From NCBI GenBank assembly GCA_014653715.1, contig JACWEB010000003.1, positions 1 through 61,716 of the forward strand: DNA of 61,716 bases, written 5' to 3'. Position 1 is the first letter of the stretch, and each line of letters opens with the position of its first letter. A program made the translations under genes and the position numbers. The notes below the pieces were generated by a model. That model saw only the letters and a program-made list of their open reading frames with translations, was not told the origin of the DNA and did not search any database. Source of the DNA: Pelagibacterales bacterium SAG-MED31 (GTDB taxonomy: Bacteria > Pseudomonadota > Alphaproteobacteria > HIMB59 > GCA-002718135). Positions 51,515 to 61,716 of the stretch are shown one piece after another.

Positions 51515-53111
51515 AATTAATTTAAAATATAAAGCTTTTTTGAAATCATGGCCATTTAAGGAAGCAGAGCAAATTTTAAAAAGAAACGGTGGCTTAGAAA
51601 ATTTTAAGATTCCAAATAAAGGCTATATTTTGCTCGAAACAGGATACGGACCTTCAGGCTTGCCACATATTGGAACATTTGGTGAAGTTGTTAGAACTAC
51701 TATGGTCAGAAATGCATTTATGTCTTTGATCGACTGCCCAACGAAGTTAGTTGCGTTTTCAGATGATATGGATGGATTAAGAAAAGTTCCTGATAATGTT
51801 CCCAATAAAGATATGTTAAGCAAGTATATTGGGAAACCTCTGACTGCAATTCCTGATCCTTTTGAGAAATATGAAAGTTTTGGGCATCATAATAATGCAA
51901 AACTTAGATTTTTTTTGGATGAATTTAAATTTGATTACAATTTTATTAGCTCTACAGAGAAATATAAAAGTGGATTCTTTGACAATACTATTATTAAAAT
52001 TCTTCAAAATTATGAAAAAATACTCGAAATTATTTTACCTACTTTGAGAAAAGAGAGAAAAAGTAACTATAGTCCATTCTTGCCAGTAAGTGGGGAAACT
52101 GGAAATATATTACAGACGCAAATAAATGAATATAGACCAAAAAGTAATAGTATCATTTATACAGAACCTCAAAGTAATAAAAAAGTTGAAGTCTTAGTTA
52201 CTGGAGGAAATTGTAAATTACAATGGAAAGTAGATTGGGCTATGAGATGGATGGCTCTTGGGGTAGATTATGAAATGTGTGGGAAGGATCTTACTGAAAG
52301 TGTCGACTTAGCATCCAAGATTTGTAAAGCAGTAGGTAAAAAATCTCCTGTTAATTTAATTTATGAAATGTTTCTTGATGAAAAAGGTGAAAAAATATCA
52401 AAATCTGTAGGAAATGGAATAAGTGTAGATGAATGGTTGCGTTATGGCTCCCCTGAAAGTTTGTCATTATTTATGTATCAAAAACCAAAATCTGCAAAGA
52501 AATTATTTTTTGATGTAATTCCTAAAACTATTGATGAATACATCTCTCACTGTAATAGTTATGATAGGTTAGATGATCAGAAAAAATTTGACAGTCCCAT
52601 ATGGCATATACATTCTGGTAAACCTGTAAAAATTAAATCAGATATAACATTCAACTCCCTTACAAATCTTGTGAGTATATGTAATACAACTGATAAAAAA
52701 TTAATTTGGGATTTTGTAAATCAATACGATGCTAATATTAATCCAGAAAATAATCCTGCATTTGATAAATTAATTGATTGTTCTATTAACTTTTATAATG
52801 ATTTTGTTTTACCAAATAAAAAATATTTAAATATTAATGTAGATAATAAAATAGTTTTTAAAGATATAAGAGATGTTTTAAAAAACAAAATAAATAACAA
52901 TACTTCTGCTGAGGAAATTCAAACTTTACTTTATGAGGTAGGAAAAAATCATGAATTTGATAACTTAAAAGAGTTTTTCAAATTAGTTTATCAGGTTTTA
53001 TTAGGCCAAGAACAAGGGCCGCGATTAGGCTCATTTATTAAATTATATGGAGTTGAAGATACAATTAAAATAATTGATCAAAAGCTAAAAAAATTAGATA
53101 ATGTTAATTAA
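51507..53111 (+). CDS. lysS: Class I lysyl-tRNA synthetase
   Basis: ETGYGPSGLPHIGT (HIGH), KLQWKVDW, KISKS (KMSKS), GPRLG. Confidence 0.96.
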   Translation: MSKINLKYKAFLKSWPFKEAEQILKRNGGLENFKIPNKGYILLETGYGPSGLPHIGTFGEVVRTTMVRNAFMSLIDCPTKLVAFSDDMDGLRKVPDNVPNKDMLSKYIGKPLTAIPDPFEKYESFGHHNNAKLRFFLDEFKFDYNFISSTEKYKSGFFDNTIIKILQNYEKILEIILPTLRKERKSNYSPFLPVSGETGNILQTQINEYRPKSNSIIYTEPQSNKKVEVLVTGGNCKLQWKVDWAMRWMALGVDYEMCGKDLTESVDLASKICKAVGKKSPVNLIYEMFLDEKGEKISKSVGNGISVDEWLRYGSPESLSLFMYQKPKSAKKLFFDVIPKTIDEYISHCNSYDRLDDQKKFDSPIWHIHSGKPVKIKSDITFNSLTNLVSICNTTDKKLIWDFVNQYDANINPENNPAFDKLIDCSINFYNDFVLPNKKYLNINVDNKIVFKDIRDVLKNKINNNTSAEEIQTLLYEVGKNHEFDNLKEFFKLVYQVLLGQEQGPRLGSFIKLYGVEDTIKIIDQKLKKLDNVN

Positions 53112-54153
53112 TTTATTAAGATTATTACCGCCCGAAACTGCACACGAAATAACAATAAAACTTCTTAAATCAAATTTCAATTTAAAGAAAAAAAATACAA
53201 AAATTTATAAAAGCCTTAATCAAACAATATTAGGTATTAATTTTAAAAACCCTATAGGTTTAGCAGCTGGCTTTGATAAAAATGCCGAAGTAATAAGTCA
53301 AATGCTCTCCTATGGCTTTGGTTTTGTTGAGGTCGGGACAGTAACTCCAAAAGAACAATTAGGTAATGAAAAACCAAGAGTCTTTCGTTTGCTAGAAGAT
53401 GAGGCTATTATAAACCATTTAGGTTTTAATAATAAAGGAAGTAAAAATTTTTTATCTAACTTAGAAGTTTTTTATAAAAATAAAGACATTAATGAGGTAG
53501 TTGGTATTAATATAGGAAAAAATAAATCAACACAAAATGATATAGATGATTACTTATATTGTGTTGAAAATCTTGGAATGTATAGTGATTATATAACTAT
53601 AAATATCTCATCGCCTAATACACCTGGACTTAGAGACTTACAATTACGTGGAAGGATAGAAGCCTTAGTAAAAAAAATTCAATTAAAACAATCTGAAATT
53701 GAAGGGCTAGCAAAAAAACCAATTTTTATTAAAATCTCGCCTGACCTTGATGATGAGCAATTAAGAGATATTGCATTAATGTCACTAGCTAATAATGTTA
53801 ATGGTTTAATAATCTCTAATTCAACTATTATGCGTCCAGACTCTTTAATTTCACCTAATAAAAATGAAGTAGGTGGATTAAGTGGTAAACCAATTTTTTT
53901 GAATTCAACAATTCTTTTAAAGAAAATGTATTCTCTCACAAATGGCCAAATCACACTTGTAGGAGTAGGAGGTATTTCAAGTGGTCATGAATGTTATGAA
54001 AAAATAAAGGCTGGAGCTAGCCTAGTGCAATTATACACAGTATTGATTTATAAAGGTCCAAAAATTATAAATAAAATCTTAAAAGAATTAAACGAATTGA
54101 TTACAATTGATGGTTATAAAAATATATCTGATTCTATTGGTAAATCAGTTTGA
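53101..54153 (+). CDS. pyrD: Dihydroorotate dehydrogenase (quinone)
   Basis: PETAH, GLAAGFDK, NISSPNTPGLR, KISPD, GGLSG. Confidence 0.96.
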   Translation: MLINLLRLLPPETAHEITIKLLKSNFNLKKKNTKIYKSLNQTILGINFKNPIGLAAGFDKNAEVISQMLSYGFGFVEVGTVTPKEQLGNEKPRVFRLLEDEAIINHLGFNNKGSKNFLSNLEVFYKNKDINEVVGINIGKNKSTQNDIDDYLYCVENLGMYSDYITINISSPNTPGLRDLQLRGRIEALVKKIQLKQSEIEGLAKKPIFIKISPDLDDEQLRDIALMSLANNVNGLIISNSTIMRPDSLISPNKNEVGGLSGKPIFLNSTILLKKMYSLTNGQITLVGVGGISSGHECYEKIKAGASLVQLYTVLIYKGPKIINKILKELNELITIDGYKNISDSIGKSV

Positions 54154-55025
54154 TGACAAAAATAATAAATAACTTTTCTGAAATATTAGATAAATATGAT
54201 TTTTTTATTTTAGATCAGTGGGGAGTAATGCATGATGGCCATAAAGGTTATAAACATGCAATAAATGCTGTAAATCAACTCATCACACAAAATAAACAAT
54301 TAATTATTATTTCAAATTCTTCAAAAAGAAAAAACAGCTCTACTAATCGATTAAAAGATCTAGGGTTTAATAAAAATGATTTTACTGAAATCATGACAAG
54401 TGGTGAAATGATTTGGCAAGAACTATATAATTTTTCTGGGAAATATGATGGGAATTTTAAAAACTGTTTTCATATTTATGACAAATCAAAAGAAGATGGA
54501 AAAGATTTTAGAATTGGATTAGAAAAATTTGAATTCGTTAATAACATTAAAGAGTCAGATTTTATTCTTGCTTGCACACCTTTCAAAAATACCAAACCTA
54601 TAGACTATATTCCAATTTTAAATCATGCTTTAGAAATGAAACTAATAATGTTTTGTGCAAATCCTGATTTTGTGACTATTGAAAACAGCAGTAATAATAA
54701 TGTTTTTTGTATGGGAACAATCGCAGATTTATATGAACATATTGGAGGAAGGGTAGTTATTTTAGGTAAACCTTCAAAACAAATATATTTAGAAGCCTTT
54801 AATAATATTAATGCACTTGATTTATCTAAAATTATTGCTGTAGGTGACTCAATAGATCATGATATCTTAGGTGCTACAAATTTTGGTATTGATAGTGTTT
54901 TAATATCAAATGGAATTCATAAAGATTTATTTAGAAATAGCTTAAAAGTAGGTCTTAATAACATAGAAATTTGGAAAAAATGGAATGTTAAACCAACGTA
55001 TATATGTGAAAATTTTTCTTTTTAA
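54153..55025 (+). CDS. HAD-superfamily class IIA hydrolase (TIGR01459-like)
   Basis: LDQWGVMHDG, ISNS, CANPD, GKP, VGDSIDHDI. Confidence 0.88.
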   Translation: MTKIINNFSEILDKYDFFILDQWGVMHDGHKGYKHAINAVNQLITQNKQLIIISNSSKRKNSSTNRLKDLGFNKNDFTEIMTSGEMIWQELYNFSGKYDGNFKNCFHIYDKSKEDGKDFRIGLEKFEFVNNIKESDFILACTPFKNTKPIDYIPILNHALEMKLIMFCANPDFVTIENSSNNNVFCMGTIADLYEHIGGRVVILGKPSKQIYLEAFNNINALDLSKIIAVGDSIDHDILGATNFGIDSVLISNGIHKDLFRNSLKVGLNNIEIWKKWNVKPTYICENFSF

Positions 55026-55031
55026 CTTTGC

Positions 55032-55060
55032 TTGACAAATAATCATTTATATTTACTAAC
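55032..55060 (+). promoter_or_regulatory. Putative sigma70 promoter of rpmB
   Basis: Perfect TTGACA at 55032-55037 with a weak TACTAA -10-like hexamer 16 nt downstream. Confidence 0.45.
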
Positions 55061-55069
55061 CCTCTAATT

Positions 55070-55351
55070 ATGAGTATGAAATGTGAACTTACGGGAAAAT
55101 CCTTTCAAACTGGCAATAATGTTAGTCATGCAAAGAACAGAACAAAAAGAAGATTTTTGCCAAATTTACAAAAAATTACTTTCATAAGTGAAAAACTTGG
55201 TCAAAAAATTCAACTTAAAGTAGCTACAAGTACAATAAGAACAGTTGAAAAAAAAGGTGGATTAGATGATTTTTTAGTTTCTACGCCAAATAGTAAATTA
55301 CCTGATAAAGCTAAAAAATTAAAAAAAACTATACTTAGTCAAGAAAACTAA
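55070..55351 (+). CDS. rpmB: 50S ribosomal protein L28
   Basis: CELTGK, GNNVSHA, TKRRFLPNL, GGLD. Confidence 0.97.
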   Translation: MSMKCELTGKSFQTGNNVSHAKNRTKRRFLPNLQKITFISEKLGQKIQLKVATSTIRTVEKKGGLDDFLVSTPNSKLPDKAKKLKKTILSQEN

Positions 55352-55358
55352 TCCTTCA

Positions 55359-56093
55359 ATGGATTTCTTTGTTAGTCTAACGTCATATTTGGACTCGATA
55401 AATACAATAGTTTTATGGATCATAATGTTAATTTTTTGTTTTTCATCAATTTTAGTTTTTTTGAAATTATTTGGTTATGCTGGTCTCTACGTATACTCTG
55501 CTTTAGCTGTAATTATTGGCAATATCCAAGTATTAAAAACGGTCGATTTTTTTTACTCACCTGAGCCAGTTGCATTAGGGACAGTCCTGTTTGCCTCTAC
55601 ATTCTTATGCACTGATATTTTATCTGAACATTTTGGTAAAGATAAAGCTAAAAAAAACGTACTTATAGGTTTTGTTGGTTTTTTATTCATGACAATTGTG
55701 ATGTTAATAACTATTGGGTTTAATCCTTCTTCAAATGATTGGGCTCAAGAAAGTTTAGTAACGTTGTTTACACCTATGTCTAGATTTTTTATAGCAAGTA
55801 TGATTGCTTATATTGCTAGTCAGTATTTTGATGTATGGATATATTCTATTATAAAAAACTTAACGGTAAATAAATTTTTGTGGTTACGAAATAATTTATC
55901 TACAATACTATCTTCTTTAGTTGACAATACTGTATTTAGTATTCTTGCTTGGATAATTTTAAATCCTGATCCTGAAACTTTTTACAACGTTATCATGATT
56001 TATATTTTTGGGACTTATATTCTTAGAATATTTATAGCACTAATTGATACACCCTTTATGTATTTATCAAAAATATTTCTTCCAAATAAATGA
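55359..56093 (+). CDS. yhhQ: Queuosine precursor transporter (YhhQ/Vut_1)
   Basis: NIQVLK, TDILSEHFG, SQYFDV, WLRNNLST, DTPF; overlaps tgt. Confidence 0.88.
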   Translation: MDFFVSLTSYLDSINTIVLWIIMLIFCFSSILVFLKLFGYAGLYVYSALAVIIGNIQVLKTVDFFYSPEPVALGTVLFASTFLCTDILSEHFGKDKAKKNVLIGFVGFLFMTIVMLITIGFNPSSNDWAQESLVTLFTPMSRFFIASMIAYIASQYFDVWIYSIIKNLTVNKFLWLRNNLSTILSSLVDNTVFSILAWIILNPDPETFYNVIMIYIFGTYILRIFIALIDTPFMYLSKIFLPNK

Positions 56094-57283
56094 CAAACTT
56101 TTCATGGAAAGTTAATTTTCAATCAAAAAAAAATAATGCAAGAACAGGAACATTAACTACCCCACACGGTAAAATTAATACACCAGCATTTATTTTTTGT
56201 GCAACTAAGGGTGCTTTAAAATCATCCACCACTAATGTAGCGAAAGATAACAACTCGCAGATAATACTCTCAAATACATATCATTTAATGCTGCAGCCAG
56301 GCAGTGATATAGTTGCACAACACGGAGGATTACATAAATTTTTAAATTGGAATGGACCGATGCTAACAGATAGTGGAGGTTTTCAGATATTTTCATTAGG
56401 TCATGGCTCTGTAGCAGATGAGATCAAAGGAAGTTCTAATATTAAAAGAAACAACACACTTTTAAATATTAGTGAAGAGGGAAGTTTATTCAAATCATAT
56501 GTTGATGGATCATTTAAATTATTATCACCTGAAAAATCTATCGAAATACAAAGAAATCTTGGTGCTGATTTAATATTAGTTTTTGATGAATGTACCCCAT
56601 TTCATGTAGATAAATCTTATACTGAAAGTTCAATGAAAAGAAGTCATAGGTGGGCAACGAGATCATTAAATCATTTTAATTCAAATATTAAATATAAGCC
56701 TACTTTTGGCTCGGCAGGACAACAAAAACTATATGGTATTGTACAAGGTGGAATTTATGATGATCTTCGAGAAGAAAGTATAGATTTTAATTTAAATAAA
56801 ATTGATACCTTTGGTATTGCAATTGGAGGAAGTCTTGGGTCTACAAAGGAAGAAATGTATAAAGTTGTAAATTTTACAGCTCCAAGCTTAGGAAATAAAC
56901 ATCCAATTCATCTTTTAGGAATTGGAGATACTATAGATATTTGGAATTTAGTCAAAAGTGGTATTGATACATTTGATTGTGTGAGCCCTACTAGATTAGC
57001 AAGACATGGCTCAGCACTAATCAAAGGAAAATTAGGAAAAAAGAATATTAAAAATAATGAATTTTCTAATGATTTGTCTCCAATCGATAAAAATTGTTGT
57101 TGTTCTACATGTAAAAAATATTCACTAGCTTATCTTCATCATTTATTTAAGGCAGGAGAATTAATTGGTCTACAGCTTATTACTGCTCATAATATTTATT
57201 TTATGAATGAATTAATGCAAATAATCAGAGATTCTATAAATAATGATTGTTTGGATAAAGCAGAAATAGATTGGTTTAGTTAA
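56090..57283 (+). CDS. tgt: tRNA-guanine transglycosylase
   Basis: [31 protein letters not shown], CxCxxC...H zinc site. Confidence 0.96.
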   Translation: MTNFSWKVNFQSKKNNARTGTLTTPHGKINTPAFIFCATKGALKSSTTNVAKDNNSQIILSNTYHLMLQPGSDIVAQHGGLHKFLNWNGPMLTDSGGFQIFSLGHGSVADEIKGSSNIKRNNTLLNISEEGSLFKSYVDGSFKLLSPEKSIEIQRNLGADLILVFDECTPFHVDKSYTESSMKRSHRWATRSLNHFNSNIKYKPTFGSAGQQKLYGIVQGGIYDDLREESIDFNLNKIDTFGIAIGGSLGSTKEEMYKVVNFTAPSLGNKHPIHLLGIGDTIDIWNLVKSGIDTFDCVSPTRLARHGSALIKGKLGKKNIKNNEFSNDLSPIDKNCCCSTCKKYSLAYLHHLFKAGELIGLQLITAHNIYFMNELMQIIRDSINNDCLDKAEIDWFS

Positions 57284-59054
57284 CCTGAAATATCTCAGAA
57301 AGTTCATTAAGAAGCACTTCACCCAATTGATCTACATCCATTATAGTAATTGCATTAGAGTAATATCTTGAAACATCATGACCAATTCCTATAGCAACTA
57401 ATTCTACTTCTTTATTATTTTCAATTTGATTAATTATATCTCTCAAATTTTTTTCAAGATAATTTCCTGAATTCACTGAAAGCGTAGAGTCATCAACTGG
57501 AGCACCATCACTTATAACAATAAGTATTTTTCTCTTTTCCTGTCTTTTTTTTAATCTACTATTAGCCCATAGCAAAGCCTCTCCATCAATATTTTCTTTT
57601 AAAATACCTTCTCTTAAAAGAAGTCCCAAATTTTGTTTTGATCTTCTTGAAGGAGAGTCAGCTGATTTATAAATAATGTGCCTTAAATCATTTAATCTAC
57701 CTGGCCCACTTGGCTTCCCATCCTTTATCCACTTTTCTCTGGAAGCGCCACCTTTCCAAGCTTTAGTAGTAAAACCAAGAATTTCAGTTTTTATAAGACA
57801 TCTCTCAAGTGTTTTTGCTAAAATATCACTACAAAGCGCTGCTACTGTAATTGGTCTACCTCTCATTGACCCTGAATTATCAATTAGAAGAGATACGATA
57901 GTATCTTTAAATTCAACCTCTTTTTCCTGTTTATATGACAACTTATTTAGAGGATTTGCAATTATTCTTGATAATCTAGAAGTATCTAAATAACCTTCTT
58001 CCATATTAAAATCCCAGTTTCTATTCTGTTGGGCAAGTAGTTTTCTTTGAAGTCTATTTGCTATTTTTGTTATTAAAGGTAAGAAAGAAAATACCTGTTT
58101 GTCTAAATTATATCTTAATTTTTCTAACTCTTTTTGGTCACAAAGTTCTTTTGCGTTAATTACCTCATCAAAGTCAGTTGTATAAGATTTATAATCATCA
58201 ATAAAATTGTTATTTTCTACTTTAGGAAAATATTCTACTTCACTCTCTGAGGACTTATCACCAATTTCATCAACTTCTTCCATTGATATGGATTCTTGTA
58301 AATCTAATGTATTAGCATCGGTTTCATTCTTGTTTTGATTATTTTCATTCGAATTTTTTTCATTATTATCATTATTATCATTATTACCATCTATTTCATT
58401 ATCTTGGTTAATATCATTTTTATTTTTTATATTTTCATTATGATCAAAAAAACCATAATCCTCGAGATATTTTTTTATTTTTAAACCAAAATTTTTTTGA
58501 TTATCAATACTTTCTTTTAAATCTGCAAAAACTTTCTCATAATCATCACCAAGTTTACCTCTAATAAACTCTCTATTTTTTTCATTATAATGACCAAGAT
58601 CTAAATTCATAAATTTTTCGTAAGCAACATACCTAAAAGCCTCTGCAATTTTAATTTCATCACTATTAGATATTTTTTGAATGTCTAACTTGTGTTTTTT
58701 AGTTATGTTTGATTTAATACCTTTGAAGCAAATTGATCCTTTTGCTTCAATCCTAGACTGTTCAACAGCATTAAAAATCTCATTTGCAAATTTACTACTA
58801 TCAACAAAATTCATATGTATATCTTTAGAATGAAATCTAAATTCAAGAGCTAAAGAGTCTGCCTCAGCCCTTATATAGGTTAAATTTTTTTTAACACTGT
58901 CAATGTTAGGCTCTGTTAAATTAATTAAATTACCCTCAATAGATGGGTTTTCCTTTGTAAAATTTATTTCTACCTGATTATTTTTACTTATAGATTTGGT
59001 AGTTGCGGTAAGTGATTTTTTGAATTCTTCTAAAAAATCATCATTCTTTAACAT
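57276..59054 (-). CDS. cobT: CobT-family VWA protein
   Basis: [26 protein letters not shown] (MIDAS), [24 protein letters not shown]. Confidence 0.92.
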   Translation of the reverse strand: MLKNDDFLEEFKKSLTATTKSISKNNQVEINFTKENPSIEGNLINLTEPNIDSVKKNLTYIRAEADSLALEFRFHSKDIHMNFVDSSKFANEIFNAVEQSRIEAKGSICFKGIKSNITKKHKLDIQKISNSDEIKIAEAFRYVAYEKFMNLDLGHYNEKNREFIRGKLGDDYEKVFADLKESIDNQKNFGLKIKKYLEDYGFFDHNENIKNKNDINQDNEIDGNNDNNDNNEKNSNENNQNKNETDANTLDLQESISMEEVDEIGDKSSESEVEYFPKVENNNFIDDYKSYTTDFDEVINAKELCDQKELEKLRYNLDKQVFSFLPLITKIANRLQRKLLAQQNRNWDFNMEEGYLDTSRLSRIIANPLNKLSYKQEKEVEFKDTIVSLLIDNSGSMRGRPITVAALCSDILAKTLERCLIKTEILGFTTKAWKGGASREKWIKDGKPSGPGRLNDLRHIIYKSADSPSRRSKQNLGLLLREGILKENIDGEALLWANSRLKKRQEKRKILIVISDGAPVDDSTLSVNSGNYLEKNLRDIINQIENNKEVELVAIGIGHDVSRYYSNAITIMDVDQLGEVLLNELSEIFQVN

Positions 59055-60006
59055 TCGCTACCTTTGCATCTGAAATATCAATGCCAAATGAGCGTTGAAA
59101 GTACTCCTCAATAATAGGTCTTTCAAGTTCGTCACATCTGTTAAGAAATGAAAGCTTAAATGCATATTCAATATCATTAAAAATTAAATAATTTTCAGCC
59201 CAAGTCAAAACTGTTCTAGGACTCATAACGGTTGAAATATCTCCATTAATGAAGCCTGATCTAGTTAAATCAGCTGTTGCAACCATTGACTTAATGATAT
59301 CTTTGCCATTTTTATTATTAAGTTTTTTAATTTTGCTTGAGATTATTTGCTCTTCCTCAATATTCGATAAATAATTCAAAATGGTGACTATATTCCAGCG
59401 ATCCATTTGACCTTGATTTATTTGTTGAGTTCCGTGATATAATCCTGAGGTATCACCCAAGCCGACTGTATTTGCTGTTCCAAATAACCTAAAATATTTA
59501 TTAGGTTTAATAACTCTAGATTGATCAAGTAAAGTTAACTTACCATCAGTTTCCAAAATGCGTTGTATAACAAACATTACATCAGGTCTACCAGCATCAT
59601 ATTCATCAAATACAAGAGCAACTGGATTTGAATATGCCCAGGGTAATATTCCGTCCTGAAATTTAGTTATCTGTTTACCATCCTTTAAAACAATCGCATC
59701 TTTTCCAATTAAATCAATTCTACTTATGTGACTATCTAAGTTCACTCTAACGCAAGGCCAATTTAATCTTGCTGCAACTTGCTCAATATGAGTTGATTTA
59801 CCAGTTCCATGATAGCCTTGGATAAGAACTCTTCTGTTGGTTGTAAATCCAGCTAAAATTGAGACAGTAGTTTCAGGATCAAATCTATATGTTAAATCAA
59901 TTTCGGGAACGTGCTCACTCCTTTTATTAAATCCAAATACTTCAAAATTACATGAAACCCCAAAGGTTTCTTTAGTATTTATGAGTTTAACTGGCTTAAT
60001 TTCCAT
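59041..60006 (-). CDS. cobS: CobS-family AAA+ ATPase
   Basis: [37 protein letters not shown]. Confidence 0.94.
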   Translation of the reverse strand: MEIKPVKLINTKETFGVSCNFEVFGFNKRSEHVPEIDLTYRFDPETTVSILAGFTTNRRVLIQGYHGTGKSTHIEQVAARLNWPCVRVNLDSHISRIDLIGKDAIVLKDGKQITKFQDGILPWAYSNPVALVFDEYDAGRPDVMFVIQRILETDGKLTLLDQSRVIKPNKYFRLFGTANTVGLGDTSGLYHGTQQINQGQMDRWNIVTILNYLSNIEEEQIISSKIKKLNNKNGKDIIKSMVATADLTRSGFINGDISTVMSPRTVLTWAENYLIFNDIEYAFKLSFLNRCDELERPIIEEYFQRSFGIDISDAKVANVKE

Positions 60007-60589
60007 TGTTTTTTATAAATTTTTTTAATAACAGTTTATATGACTCATTTATTTGCTTAAACTTTTCTTCAGCTTTTTTATTATTTCCATTTACATCAGG
60101 ATGAAAGATTTTCACTAACTTTTTGTAATTTTTCTTAATTTTATCAAGAGAAATAGGAATTTCCAGGTTTAAATCTTTTAATGCTTTAGTATCTTTGATT
60201 GTCATAGTTTCATCATGAAGCTTATTTTTAAAGTAATTGTCATTAATTTTTTCATCTTCATTTTTGATAAAATCGTCAGTATATTGATTAAATTCATCAA
60301 AAACACTTTTGTAATTACCTTTAAGTGGCCAAGAAGGTCGGTCCCATATAGTATCATTTCTCATAGAGTTCTCAATTTGGTTAACTGTCATACCTTTATA
60401 AAAATCCCAAGATTTATTATATTCTTTTACATGATCGAGGCAAAAGTAGAAATATTCGTTTAATTTTATTCTTGATTTTGGAGCTCTAAATTCACCTTTT
60501 TCATTGCATACATTTGAGTCACACTTTTTGAAAGGATTTTTTTCCCAAGATAAATTATTTTTTTGAATATCAAATTTAAATTTACTCAT
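59996..60589 (-). CDS. C-terminal J-domain (DnaJ) protein
   Basis: FCLDHVKEYNKSWDFY; HPD motif. Confidence 0.9.
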   Translation of the reverse strand: MSKFKFDIQKNNLSWEKNPFKKCDSNVCNEKGEFRAPKSRIKLNEYFYFCLDHVKEYNKSWDFYKGMTVNQIENSMRNDTIWDRPSWPLKGNYKSVFDEFNQYTDDFIKNEDEKINDNYFKNKLHDETMTIKDTKALKDLNLEIPISLDKIKKNYKKLVKIFHPDVNGNNKKAEEKFKQINESYKLLLKKFIKNNGN

Positions 60590-60612
60590 ATTTTAATATA
60601 TAGTTTAAAAAA

Positions 60613-60867
60613 ATGAATCGCACAAAAAGAATCAAAAATATTTTAGAAAAACATTTTAATGATATTAGTATTGAAGTAACAGATAATTCAAGTTTACATA
60701 AAGGTCACAATAATTTTGATGGCACTGGTCAAAGTCATATTTTTATTCAGCTTACAAAAAATACCTCACTAAAATTAAATAGATTAGAGGTACATAGAAA
60801 AATAAATTTTTTATTATCCAAAGAATTTGAAAAAGGTTTGCACTCATTAGAAATAAAAATTATGTAA
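60613..60867 (+). CDS. bolA: BolA family protein
   Basis: DNSSLHKGH, SHI, HRKIN, GLHSL. Confidence 0.88.
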   Translation: MNRTKRIKNILEKHFNDISIEVTDNSSLHKGHNNFDGTGQSHIFIQLTKNTSLKLNRLEVHRKINFLLSKEFEKGLHSLEIKIM

Positions 60868-61714
60868 TAATTTTTACTTGAATTTTAGAAATTTGTTTTC
60901 TTGAGTGCGATAAAACTTTATAAATAAAATATTCATCTTTTACAGTTTCACCAAATAGAGGAATTCTTTTAGCGATTTCTAATACATGTCCAGAAATTGT
61001 TGAAGCTTCACTAAGAGGTGAATCAAGATCAAAGTGCTTGTATAAATCTTTGAGATTTTTTTCTCCATTTGTAATAATTACTCCATCACCAATTTTTTTA
61101 AACTGTTCATCAGCTAGATCAATTTCATCAACTATCTCACCAACTATTTCTTCAATTATGTCTTCTAAGGTGATAAGACCTAATAATTCACCATATTCAT
61201 CTACTATAAATGCTATGTGCTCTTTCTTATTTTTAAAGGCAACTAATTGCTCCAAAAGATTTGTTGTTTCAGGAATGAACCAGGGTTTAGATATTTTGTC
61301 AAAGATAATTTCTTTAAAACTTTCTTTTTTTGAAAGATCGAAATTTAATGTTCTTACATTCAATAATCCAATTATGTTTTCAGGATTATTTTCCCAAAAT
61401 GGAATTCTTGTATATCTTGAATTATTAATTTTTTTTATAATTTCATCAATATCTAGTGAGCTATCAATGGAATAAATATTTTTTCTATGGGTAAACACCT
61501 CTTCCACTGTTGTATCATTTAGTGCAAGGATACTTTGTAGCATATCCTTTTCATGTTCTGAATCAGGGCTAGAAGTCTTGTACATATCAATAACTCCTTG
61601 AAGCTCTTCTTCAGACTGTTTATCATTAAACTTATCATCTTCTTTTTGTTTTTTTAGAAATATTTGTCTAACAACCAAATTTATTAAAAAAATTACAGGG
61701 TAAAGAATTTTACT
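60860..61714 (-). CDS. HlyC/CorC (CNNM) family CBS-domain transporter, 5'-truncated by window edge
   Basis: YTRIP, FIPET, VDEYG, ITLEDIIEEIVGEI; frame is open to the window end. Confidence 0.9.
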   Translation of the reverse strand, partial: SKILYPVIFLINLVVRQIFLKKQKEDDKFNDKQSEEELQGVIDMYKTSSPDSEHEKDMLQSILALNDTTVEEVFTHRKNIYSIDSSLDIDEIIKKINNSRYTRIPFWENNPENIIGLLNVRTLNFDLSKKESFKEIIFDKISKPWFIPETTNLLEQLVAFKNKKEHIAFIVDEYGELLGLITLEDIIEEIVGEIVDEIDLADEQFKKIGDGVIITNGEKNLKDLYKHFDLDSPLSEASTISGHVLEIAKRIPLFGETVKDEYFIYKVLSHSRKQISKIQVKIIT

Positions 61715-61716
61715 AA

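Noticed and set aside
58320-58445. Asn/Asp-rich low-complexity stretch in cobT as a repeat element
   Set aside because: It corresponds to the usual variable acidic linker of CobT; no discrete repeat unit
1942-61475. Many antisense or nested short ORFs in the ORF track (e.g. 1942-2376, 3377-3820, 23267-23497, 41210-41545, 57676-57993, 61038-61475)
   Set aside because: They lie wholly within well-supported genes and have no recognisable motifs; shadow ORFs

Overview
Gene-dense, very AT-rich chromosomal segment of a streamlined Alphaproteobacterium. It looks like a SAR11/HIMB59-type marine lineage, inferred from ALA synthase, class I LysRS, split pntA, bolA-dnaJ-cobS-cobT synteny and tiny intergenic spaces; the taxon is not verified. 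Most of the window is housekeeping: a heme cluster (hemA, cybB, long hemC with a HemD-like tail, hemE, hemH, hemF, hemJ), nth, a Dpp/Opp-type ABC importer, rmuC, yajQ, uvrB, a saccharopine-pathway gene pair, pyk, pfkA, pntAB, ctaA, fdx with its reductase, lysS, pyrD, rpsU, rpmB, yhhQ-tgt and cobST. I saw no tRNA, rRNA, CRISPR array, integrase or transposase. The standout is a ~3.7 kb accessory cassette (20892-24556, minus strand). It encodes a 1032-aa signal-peptide-bearing protein in which a diverged copy of the window's own peptide-binding ABC substrate-binding protein is fused, via a charged linker, an unknown domain and an Ig-like domain, to a caspase-like (C14) protease with an intact His-Cys dyad. 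A decayed trypsin-like protease remnant follows it. The two substrate-binding copies form a ~1.5 kb inverted repeat bracketing ~10 kb. Secondary highlights are a MotA/MotB-like pair whose coiled coil has grown by heptad-multiple duplications (exact 105-bp tandem repeat), a probable HemC-HemD fusion, a putative queuine-salvage TGT plus YhhQ, and a tandem palindromic operator on a MarR-lysS-pyrD operon. All calls come from motif recognition by eye; no searches were run.
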